DNA from: an uncultured Acidobacteriota bacterium
GTDB lineage: Bacteria > Acidobacteriota > Thermoanaerobaculia > Multivoradales > DATKCC01
DNA length: 64,000 nt
Assembly: GCA_963837945.1 (NCBI GenBank)
Contig: CAWIQD010000009.1
Span: 64,529 to 128,528, forward strand
Direction: 5' to 3'
The notes beneath the pieces were generated by a model that was given only the letters and a program-made list of their open reading frames with translations, made no database searches and had not been told where the DNA came from. The translations under genes were made by a program, and so were the position numbers. Numbering within the stretch: position 1 is the first letter of the stretch; each line of letters opens with the position of its first letter. Shown piece after piece: positions 55,536 through 64,000 of the stretch.

Positions 55536-57223
55536 AGCGCCCTCCTCCGGCGCGACCAGACCCAGAGCCCGAGGAGCACCGCCAGGCCCGGCAGGACCAG
55601 CACCACGAAGGCCATCGACCAGCGCAGCTGGGACGGGGTCATCGAGAGCCGCACCTGCTCCGGCTTCTTGGGCGGGATCCCGAGCAGGGTCTCGCGCTCG
55701 ATCAGCCAGTTGAAGAGGTTGTTGGCGAGGGTCCGGTTGCCCGGACCGAGGCGCAGGAAGGCCGTCGAGACGAGGTCGGAGTCGCCCACCACGACCAGGC
55801 GCATGGCCTGGGGCTTCTTCGCCTCGGCCGTCCCCTCCTGGTCCTTCTCCTCGGGGGTGGGCTTGGCGGCCTCGGCCTGCGGGTCCTTCGCGGCGGGTGG
55901 AGGATCGTCGTCTTCGGCCTGCGCGGCCTGGGCCTCCTCGGCCTGGGCGCCCCCGCCTCCGCCGTCCGCGGCGCCGGCCGCCTTGCCCTCGACCGCGACC
56001 GCCAACGAGACCGGACCCTTGAGGTCCCCCTCGCCCGGTCCCTGGAGCGTCTGGCTCGCGAAGCTGGTCACCGCCCAGCCGTCCGCGCTGCTCTGCATCA
56101 GCTCGGTCACCTTTGCGCCCTCGGGCGCCTTGCCGGCGCCGACCGAGCGGCTCTCGCGCACCAACACCGGGATGCCGGCATCGGCCAGGGCCTTGGTGAT
56201 CGGATGGTCGGTATAGCGCGTGGCGAAGAAAGTCTCCGGGGAGAAGCCCTGCGGGGTCGTCGACGGATCGACCACGACGTCGTCGCCGACCTTCACGCCG
56301 TAGTCGGCCAGCCACTTGCCGAGACCGAGATCGGCGAACCCGGCCTGGACGCCACCGGGCTGGAAGGCGGGGTCGAGGAGCACGAGCAGCCGGCCGCCAC
56401 CGGCGAGGTAGTCGCCGAGGGTCGCGAGCTCGCCCTGGGTGAAGGCGGCCCGGGGGCCGGCGATCACCACCAGGTCGGTTCCCTCGGGCACCGACTTGGC
56501 GCCCAGCGAGGCCCATTCCTGGAGATCGGTGTTGTCCGGGTTCAGCAGCTGGCGCACCGCCTGGAGGCCGGAGGTCGAGGCGTCGTCGAGAGAGAGCTCG
56601 CCGTGGCCGGTGGTGAACACGACCTTCGGCTTCTCGCCCTGGGTCAGGTCGACCAGGGCGGCGGTGAACTTCTCCTCGCCCTCGAAGGCCTTGATCTCCG
56701 CCTCCCGGCCCATCTGGGCGCCCGAGAAATCGAGCTGCGCCAGGTCGTCCGCCGGGACCACCCGGCGCTCGCCGCCGGCCTCGAACACCACGCCGGCCGA
56801 GGAGACTTTGTACTGGTCGACCAGGCGCTTGGCCTCGACCGGGTTGCGCTCCGGATCGATCCAGCGCACCTTCAGGTGCCGCGAGGCGGCCTCGTAGCGC
56901 GAGAGCAGCTCCTTGGTCGGCTCGTAGAGGCGCCCGCCGGGGGTGATGAACACCGTCACCTGCACGTCCTTGTCGAGGTGGGAGAGGACGTTTTCGGTGG
57001 TCTGGGAGAGGGAGTAGATCTTGGTCCTGGTCCAGTCGAAGCGGGCGTGGTACTTCCAGCCCAGGTAGTTGACGATCACCAGCAGGGCGAGCATCAGCAG
57101 AACCCCGGCCCCCAGCAGGGATCCCTTGATCGCGGCCGGGCCGGCGGAGCGGCGCTCCGGCCTTCCGGGCCGCGCTTCGTGCTCTTCGCTCGCCCCTCGT
57201 GTCGAATTCAGCTCGTCGGCCAC
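55532..57223 (-). CDS. GldG family protein (ABC-type uncharacterised transport system auxiliary component)
   Basis: N-terminal TM, large periplasmic domain with …VVFTTGHGE…DLVVIAGP… pattern and C-terminal TM (MAFVVLVLPGLAVLLGLWVW), typical of GldG. Confidence 0.8.
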   Translation of the reverse strand: MADELNSTRGASEEHEARPGRPERRSAGPAAIKGSLLGAGVLLMLALLVIVNYLGWKYHARFDWTRTKIYSLSQTTENVLSHLDKDVQVTVFITPGGRLYEPTKELLSRYEAASRHLKVRWIDPERNPVEAKRLVDQYKVSSAGVVFEAGGERRVVPADDLAQLDFSGAQMGREAEIKAFEGEEKFTAALVDLTQGEKPKVVFTTGHGELSLDDASTSGLQAVRQLLNPDNTDLQEWASLGAKSVPEGTDLVVIAGPRAAFTQGELATLGDYLAGGGRLLVLLDPAFQPGGVQAGFADLGLGKWLADYGVKVGDDVVVDPSTTPQGFSPETFFATRYTDHPITKALADAGIPVLVRESRSVGAGKAPEGAKVTELMQSSADGWAVTSFASQTLQGPGEGDLKGPVSLAVAVEGKAAGAADGGGGGAQAEEAQAAQAEDDDPPPAAKDPQAEAAKPTPEEKDQEGTAEAKKPQAMRLVVVGDSDLVSTAFLRLGPGNRTLANNLFNWLIERETLLGIPPKKPEQVRLSMTPSQLRWSMAFVVLVLPGLAVLLGLWVWSRRRRAL

Positions 57224-57226
57224 CGG

Positions 57227-57963
57227 CTACCTCCACTTCCCGGACTCGAGGGCCCGGCTGCTCAAGAACAGGAAGAACGCGGTCGTCGTCAGGTAGAAGA
57301 CCAGGCGCCGCGTGTCGACGATCCCTTTCGCCAGATCCTCCATGTTGCCCGGCAGGCTCAGGTAGGCGACGACGTCCTTCAGGCCCTGGGCGTTGACGAA
57401 GTACTCGAGGAAGGCGACGCAGATGAGGACCAGGAGGATCGCGAAGCTGATGACCGCCGCGATGATCTGGTTGCGGGTCATGGCGGAGGCGAAGAGGCCG
57501 ACGGCCAGGAACAGGGCACCGATCAGCAGCACCCCCAGGTAGCCGGCCGCCACCACCCCCCAGTCGATCTCGCTGTAGAGGGCCACGATGACCGCGTAGC
57601 TCACCGTCGGGAGCCAGAGGAAGACGTAGAAGACGAGCGCCGCGAAGTACTTGCCGAGCACCACCTGGGTCTCGGAGACCGGCGCCGTCATGAGCACCTC
57701 GATCGAGCCGCTCTTGCGCTCCTCGGCGAGCAGGCGCATGGTCAGGACCGGCGCCACGAACAGGAGCACCAGCCAGAACAGGAAGGTGCCGCCGAAGAAC
57801 AGGTCGAGCGGCCGCCCCGCCTGCGCGAGCGGGTCGTTGAGGGCGAGGAGGATCAGCGAGAAGATGATCCCGTTGACGATCAAGAGGAAGCAGAGCACGA
57901 CGTAGGCGAGGGGCGAGAGGAAGTACGCCCGGATCTCGCGCTGGAAGGTGGCGAGGATGCCGT

Positions 57964-57967
<4 letters not shown>
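57227..57967 (-). CDS. ABC-2 family transporter permease (GldF-like)
   Basis: Six TM segments. FQREIRAYFLSPLAYVVL… start region and LAEERKSGSIEVLMTAPV ABC-2 signature. GTG start overlaps the upstream stop (GTGA) behind GGGAGG. Confidence 0.75.
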
Positions 57968-59016
<1,049 letters not shown>

Positions 59017-59068
59017 CTTTCCGGGGGACTCCTTTCGACGGGCGTGTGGTTCCAGCTCGGAGAGCCTT

Positions 59069-59083
59069 AGCAAATCGGGTGCC
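59069..59083 (-). promoter_or_regulatory. candidate sigma-54 promoter (minus strand) CGGCAC-CCGAT-TTGCT upstream of the gldA-like operon
   Basis: Read on the minus strand: ggcccggcacccgatttgctaagg. GG-N10-GC exact. -12 TTGCT consensus. ~45 nt upstream of ATG 59016. Confidence 0.4.
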
Positions 59084-59158
59084 GGGCCCAAAGGCCCCAT
59101 GTTTCAGGGCGCCGGCGGCGAACCCCGGGAGCCACTCTGCCAATTGGCTGGCCGGGCA

Positions 59159-60794
59159 TCAAACCGCGCCGAACTCCTCGCCGAAGCGCCGCACCGCCTC
59201 GGGCGGGCCACAGACGTAGACCGTGTCGCGGGGCTCGAAGCGGAAGTCGGCGCCGAGGTCGAGGATCAGCTCGTCGTCCCGCTCGACCGCCACGACCGAG
59301 CAGCCGGTGCGCTCGCGGATCCGGAGCTCCGCCGGGTCGTAGCCGGCCAGCCGGCCCTCGGCGCTCGTCTTGAGCACCTTGAGCTGCGGGTCGATCGAGA
59401 TCGCCTCCTCGCGCAGCAGCCGGCGTGCCAGGATCTGTCCGGAGACCTGGCTGATCGAGAGGGCGAAGTCGGCGCCCGCCCGGTGGATCCGCTCGACGTT
59501 CTCGGCACGGTTGACCCGGGCGATCACCGGAACGTCCGGTGCGGCCTCCTTCGCGATCACGGTGGCGAAGAGGGTCGCGGAGTCGGTGTCGAGGGCGAGG
59601 ATCACCCCCTGGGTGCTCTCGCCCAGGAGCTGCTCGACGACGGTCGGATCGAGCATGTCCCCCACCAGGTCGACGCCTTCGCCCTCCTTGCGGTCGACCA
59701 CCACCACGCTCTCGCCGGCGTCGGTCGAGGAGCTCGACGACCTTGCGCCCCACCTCGCCGTGGCCGCCGACCACGAACCGCCCGCGCCGGCGCAGAGGCA
59801 CCGCCCCGCTCACCAGCTCGAGCAGGCGCTCGACGCTCTCGTCGGTGCCGGCGATCACCAGGATCGCCCCCGGCTCGATGCGGGTCGAGGCCGACGGCGG
59901 GGCGTGGAGCACGCCGCCCACCCACTGCCCGATGACCGCCGCGCCGGTGCGGGCACCGATCGCCGCCTCCTCGAGCGTCTGTCCCGCCAGGCTGCTCTCC
60001 GGTTGCACCCGCAGCTGGTGGATCTCGAGCCGGCCGAGGTTCTGGACGCCGGCGACCCGGGGGCTGATCCGAACGCTCGCCCGCGCCGCGAGCGCCGCGC
60101 CCAGGACGTGGCGCGGGGTGAAGACCGCCGTGGCGCCGGCGAGCAGCAGGGGGCGGCGGTGGAGAGGCTCCTCCACCAGTCCCAGGATCTCGCCCGCGAA
60201 CCCGGACTGGCGCGCCGCCAGGATGACCGCCGCGTTGACGTCGTCCGAGCCGTTGGCGATCAAGGCCCGGGCTTGCTCGAGACGGGCGCCCTCGAGGGCG
60301 CCGTCGTCGAGGCGGGAGTGGACCACCCGTCGGCCGCGCTCGGCGAGGCGCCGTGCCACGGCTTCGTCCTCCTCGACCACGACCGTCGCGAGGCCCTCGC
60401 GCTCGGTCTGCTCGACCAGCGTCTCGACCGCCGGGCCGTAACCGTAGACCACCAGGTGGCCGGTGAGCTCCTCGTCGAGCTCCTGGGGCAGGCGGGTTTC
60501 GAAGCGCTCCTCGAGGAAGGGGATGAGGAAGATGGGGATGATCAGGAAGACCAGGAAGACGCCCAAGAACTGGAGCAGGACCACGAACAGCACCATCGTC
60601 GGGCTGTGCCAGGCGGCGTCCGCACCGTAGCCCGTCGTGCTCAGGGTCTCGCCCACGAACTCGAGACTCTGCCAGAAACCCCGGGGGCGGCCCTCGAGCC
60701 AGGCCATGCCCGCCATGTAGGCCAAGCTCGAGACGACCAGCAGGACCGGCAGCGAGGCGAGCAGGGCGAGAAGCCGCCGGCGCGAGGTCCGCAT
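59159..60794 (-). CDS. potassium channel protein with tandem RCK (TrkA-N/TrkA-C) domains; apparent frameshift near 59700
   Basis: Pore region TTGYGD selectivity filter, then TrkA-N (GHLVVYGYGPAVETL), TrkA-C. The second RCK (VVVDRKEGEGVDLVGDML…) is in the adjacent frame (59159-59707 ORF) while the original frame turns Arg/Gly-rich. Confidence 0.6.
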
Positions 60795-60847
60795 CGGCCG
60801 ATTGTACGGCGAGCGGCGTCGTCGCCCCGCCGCGCACGACAGCCGAG

Positions 60848-61053
60848 GCTGGAGAAGTCTCGCGCAGAGCCGCAGAGGCGCAGAGGCGCGGCTCATGTCG
60901 ACGAGGGGGGGGTGATGCCCTCCTCGATCCGATGCGCGCCGAAGCTCGAGAGCCCGCATTGGGCGCTCTACCTAATGCCCTCGTGGCCTGGTCCATGAGC
61001 TGAGGCTGCGCCCATCGATCGCCCTCCTCTGCGGCTCTGCGCCTCTGCGCGAG
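60848..61053. repeat. palindromic heptad-repeat element (family 2) as inverted arms bracketing ~145 bp
   Basis: tctcgcgcagagccgcagaggcgcagaggcgcggctc (60848-60885) and cctctgcggctctgcgcctctgcgcgag (61026-61053). The left arm is 38/40 identical to the copy at 11143. Confidence 0.45.
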
Positions 61054-61111
61054 AATCTACGTGCCGGATCCCGGCGCCTCGTCGCTTTGAGGCGGAGCTT
61101 CACTAGAATCC

Positions 61112-61495
61112 ATGCCGATGGAGGTGCGTCTCGACAAGTGGCTCCAGGTCGCCCGGGTGTTCAAGACCCGGAGCCAGGCGACCCGGGCCTGCACCCTCTC
61201 GCGGGTCAGGGTCAACGGCCAGTCCGCCAAGCCGCACAAGAGCCTGGCGCTGGGCGACCGGATCGAGGTCGAGCAGGGAGACTGGACCCGGACCCTGGTG
61301 GTCCGCGAGCTGCGCGACAAGCCGGTCGCCAAGGCCCTGGCCGCCGAGCTCTACGAGGACCTGAGCCCGCCCCGGCCCCACCTCAGCGAGCTCGAGCGGC
61401 TGATGCGCAAGCCTCCGGAGCGGCGCGAGCGGGGAACCGGGCGGCCGACGAAGAAGGAGCGGCGGGACCTGGAGCGGTGGCGAGACGACCTGTAG
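61112..61495 (+). CDS. hslR: ribosome-associated heat-shock protein Hsp15 (S4-domain RNA-binding)
   Basis: VRLDKWLQVARVFKTRSQATRACTLSRVRVNGQSAKPHKSLALGDRIEV S4 fold. C-terminal …KKERRDLERWRDD as in E. coli HslR. Confidence 0.8.
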   Translation: MPMEVRLDKWLQVARVFKTRSQATRACTLSRVRVNGQSAKPHKSLALGDRIEVEQGDWTRTLVVRELRDKPVAKALAAELYEDLSPPRPHLSELERLMRKPPERRERGTGRPTKKERRDLERWRDDL

Positions 61496-62639
61496 GCCGG
61501 CTCACGCCGCCGAGCAGCTCGCCCCAGGGCTTGAGCGGCTCGACGTGGTCGCAGACGATCTTCACCGTCGCGATCAGCGGCACCGCCAGCAGGGCTCCGA
61601 CGACCCCCCACATCCAGCCCCAGAAGATGATCCCGACGAAGATGATCAGCGGGTTGAGGGTGAGGCGGCGGCCCACGATGGTCGGGGTCACGAACGACCC
61701 CTCGATGGCGGTCAGCGTCAGGTAGAGCGCCGGCGGCGCCAGCGCCGCGCCCACGCTGTCGAAGGTCAGCAGCGCGACCAGGGCGACCACCGAGACCCCG
61801 ACCACGGCGCCGAGGTAGGGCACGAAGTTGAGCAGACCGGCCATGACTCCCCAGAGCACGGGGTTGGGCATGTCCAGCCACCACAGGCCGAGGCCCACCA
61901 GGATCCCGAGGCAGGTGTTGATCAAGGTGATGGTGAACAGGTACATGGAAATGCTGTGCTCGACCCGGCGGGCGATGCTCAGCATTCGCGTGCGGTGCCG
62001 CTGGGTCGGCAAGACGCCCGCCGCCTTGCGCAGGAAGACGTCCCCCGAAGCGAGCAGGAAGTAGAGCAACACGAGCATCACCGCGCCCGCCGAGGCGACG
62101 GTCGCGGTGAAGTCCATCAGGTTGCCCGAGAGCGACTTGCCGGCGACCTCGACCTCGCGCGTCTTCTTGCCGCCGACGTCGGTGATCCGTTCGACCTCCT
62201 GGGTCGCCCGGTTGACCTTGGCCACCGGCTCCTTGATCTGGCGGACCTTCGCCTCGAGCTTGCGCAGGCTCCGCGGCGCCCGGTCCATCCAGTCGGCGGC
62301 GGGAGAGGCGAGGTAGTAGACGCCTCCCCCGACCACCGCGACCAGACCGGCGACCACCACTCCCGCCGCGATCCAGCGCGGCACGTGGAGCCGGCGCAAG
62401 AACCGGACGGCCGGCGCGAGAAGCAGCCCGAGCATGACCGCGAGGACGATCGGCAGCACCACCACCCGGGCCACGTAGAGGGCACCGAGCAGAGCCAGCA
62501 CGAACAGCCCGACGACGGCCGCGCGCGGCACGTCGTAGCGCATCCGACGCCGGCGGCCGCCCGCCGCCTGCGGCGGCGCTTCCGCCGCCGCGGGCTCGAA
62601 CGCCGCGGGATCCGCTTCGCGGTGGAAGGGATGGCTCAT
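61383..62639 (-). CDS. AI-2E family transporter (PerM/UPF0118), copy 1
   Basis: Eight TM segments with conserved …LNFVPYLGAVVGVSVVALVALL… and …VPLIATVKIVCDHVEPL motifs. The predicted 3' end overlaps hslR by 113 bp on the opposite strand, so the C-terminus is uncertain. Confidence 0.6.
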   Translation of the reverse strand: MSHPFHREADPAAFEPAAAEAPPQAAGGRRRRMRYDVPRAAVVGLFVLALLGALYVARVVVLPIVLAVMLGLLLAPAVRFLRRLHVPRWIAAGVVVAGLVAVVGGGVYYLASPAADWMDRAPRSLRKLEAKVRQIKEPVAKVNRATQEVERITDVGGKKTREVEVAGKSLSGNLMDFTATVASAGAVMLVLLYFLLASGDVFLRKAAGVLPTQRHRTRMLSIARRVEHSISMYLFTITLINTCLGILVGLGLWWLDMPNPVLWGVMAGLLNFVPYLGAVVGVSVVALVALLTFDSVGAALAPPALYLTLTAIEGSFVTPTIVGRRLTLNPLIIFVGIIFWGWMWGVVGALLAVPLIATVKIVCDHVEPLKPWGELLGGVSRPTGRLATAPGPAAPSSSAARFPARAAPEACASAARAR

Positions 62640-62664
62640 CTCGCGCCGCCGTCCCTCCCGGCGC

Positions 62665-62829
62665 TCACACCCTCCGCACGAGGTGGAGGATCAGCGAGAT
62701 GATGAAGATCACCAGGAAGATGAAGAAGAGGATCTTGGCGATGCCCGCGGCGGCTCCGGCGACTCCACCGAAGCCGAAGACCGCGGCGATGATGGCGATG
62801 ACCAGGAAAATCAAAGCCCATTGCAACAT
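62665..62829 (-). CDS. DUF1328 (UPF0391) family small membrane protein
   Basis: [50 protein letters not shown] is the family consensus. ATG at 62829 behind AAAGGAGGG. Confidence 0.7.
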   Translation of the reverse strand: MLQWALIFLVIAIIAAVFGFGGVAGAAAGIAKILFFIFLVIFIISLILHLVRRV

Positions 62830-62985
62830 GCTACTCCCTCCTTTCGGCATTTGGATCTCATGGCATCTGACACTCTCGCAGCCGGAGCCGACATCGATCG
62901 ACCTCGCCAGCTTTGGATCTTGGCTGCGCGATCGCCCGGCACGGCTGCAAGAGGCAGGCCAACCGCGCTCGACGAGACGGCGCGA

Positions 62986-64000
62986 TCAGCTCGGCGAAGC
63001 GCCCGGCGGGGGCTGCGGAGGGGCGGCCACCTCGCCCCGGTAGATCCTCGACGCGCGGTAGCTCTCGAGCCAGTGGCGCAGGAAGACCTGGATCGCCGCC
63101 GCCGCCGGAACGGCGATCAGCATGCCGAAGATCCCGAACAGCGAGCCCCCTACGATGATGGCGAGGAGCACCCATACGGGGTGGAGGTTGACGCTCCGGC
63201 CGAGGATCCGGGGCGACAGGAAGGTCCCCTCGAGGAGCTGCGAGGCGCTGAAGACGGCGAGCACCAGGAGCACCCGCACCCAGCTTCCGTACTCGGCCCA
63301 GCACAGGAGGATCGCGGGCAACAAGCCGACGACCAGCGACATGTAGGGGATCATGTTGGCCAGGCCCGCCACGATCCCGATCACCAGCCCGAGCGGCACG
63401 CCGATCAGCAGCAGCCCGACCGAGTTGATGAAGGCGAGGATCAGCGCGATCGTGAGCTGACCGCGGAGGAAGCTCGCCACCGCCTCGTCCACCTCCCGCA
63501 CGCGCGCGAGCACCACCGCGCGATAGGGCATCGGCACGAGCTCGCGCATGCCCCGCTTGACCTTCGGGAAGTCGACCAGCAGGTAGAAGGCGAAGACCGG
63601 CACGAAGATCAGGTTGAGCAGGAAGAGGATGAAGGCCCCGACGCTGACGAAGATCCGCGACAGCCAGTGCCCCACCGAGGCCGCGAGCTTCGGCAGGTTC
63701 TCGCGCGCGGTCTCCACCGTCCGGTCCCGCATCTCGACGAACTCGGCGGGGTACCGGGCGCGGACCCGCTCGAGCAGGGGCTGGACCTGGTCGCGCAGCC
63801 GGCGGGTGTACTGGGGCAAGCGTTCGGTGAGGCTCTGGAACTCCTGCCCGATGGCCGGCACCAGGTAGAGGAAGAAGCCGGTCAGGGCGAGGACCAGCAC
63901 CAGCGTCATGACGATGACCGCCCAGCCGCGGCTCCACCCGTGGCGCTCGAGCCAGGAGACCACCGGATCGAGCAGGTAGGCGATGCCGAAGCCGACCAGC
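62986..64000 (-). CDS. AI-2E family transporter, copy 2 (N-terminus beyond window end)
   Basis: …GLLNFxPY-like LANMIPYMSLVVGLLPAILL, …VPAAAAIQVFL. ORF remains open at 64000. Confidence 0.65.
   Translation of the reverse strand, partial: LVGFGIAYLLDPVVSWLERHGWSRGWAVIVMTLVLVLALTGFFLYLVPAIGQEFQSLTERLPQYTRRLRDQVQPLLERVRARYPAEFVEMRDRTVETARENLPKLAASVGHWLSRIFVSVGAFILFLLNLIFVPVFAFYLLVDFPKVKRGMRELVPMPYRAVVLARVREVDEAVASFLRGQLTIALILAFINSVGLLLIGVPLGLVIGIVAGLANMIPYMSLVVGLLPAILLCWAEYGSWVRVLLVLAVFSASQLLEGTFLSPRILGRSVNLHPVWVLLAIIVGGSLFGIFGMLIAVPAAAAIQVFLRHWLESYRASRIYRGEVAAPPQPPPGASPS

Noticed and set aside
53785-57236. 529-aa and 1091-aa minus ORFs overlapping the DUF4340/GldG genes in other frames or extensions
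   Set aside because: The recognisable GldG and DUF4340 sequences occupy a different frame or only the C-terminal part. The remainder is Arg/Gly-rich. GTG starts with strong RBS define the shorter genes.

Overview
High-GC (~70%) bacterial chromosomal segment with 64 protein-coding genes or gene fragments on both strands and no rRNA, tRNA or CRISPR. The sigma-54-rich, CRTAC1/TPR/cytochrome-rich, selenoprotein-encoding content suggests Acidobacteriota, Myxococcota or similar, but the taxon cannot be fixed from sequence alone. Long ORFs in the wrong frame are pervasive because of the GC bias and were discounted. Genes were called from recognisable protein families plus start-codon/RBS context. 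Recognisable content in order: end of ugd reading in-frame into a UXS-type UDP-glucuronate decarboxylase, YggX, a DedA/TVP38 membrane protein, a ClpX-like AAA+ unfoldase sandwiched between REP-like palindromic repeat arrays, a TPR protein, a multihaem cytochrome-TPR gene followed by a CRTAC1 (FG-GAP/ASPIC-UnbV) protein, fabH-like KAS III, GWxTD lipoprotein, folE, a SAM methyltransferase, a SelW/Rdx-type selenoprotein with an in-frame TGA (Sec), GT4 glycosyltransferase, queD/PTPS, GatB/YqeY, selB, a hairpin/G4-rich tandem-repeat array, CoA-binding protein, DUF2179, polA, GlsB/YeaQ, a second TPR-CRTAC1 giant protein with a dihaem DUF1111/CCP-like gene and an LdtD-type L,D-transpeptidase, a MarR-VOC-CDF cluster, DinB, a B12-domain-less methylmalonyl-CoA mutase catalytic subunit plus an M24 peptidase, DJ-1/PfpI, a VapC/PIN remnant, VOC, a putative aconitase, a lower-GC two-gene island of secreted hypothetical proteins behind a near-consensus sigma-70 promoter, an NtrB/NtrC-type sigma-54 two-component pair, tandem DUF3857-transglutaminase paralogs, an orphan HlyD plus MacB-type ATPase, a GldA/GldF/GldG/DUF4340 ABC operon, an RCK K+ channel, hslR, two AI-2E transporters and a DUF1328 protein. 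Noteworthy: (i) the selenoprotein and selB lie within 3 kb of each other; (ii) at least three distinct palindromic/MITE-like repeat families; (iii) several candidate sigma-54 promoters; (iv) an unusual density of frameshifts in otherwise intact genes, which points either to indel-prone assembly or to ongoing gene decay.
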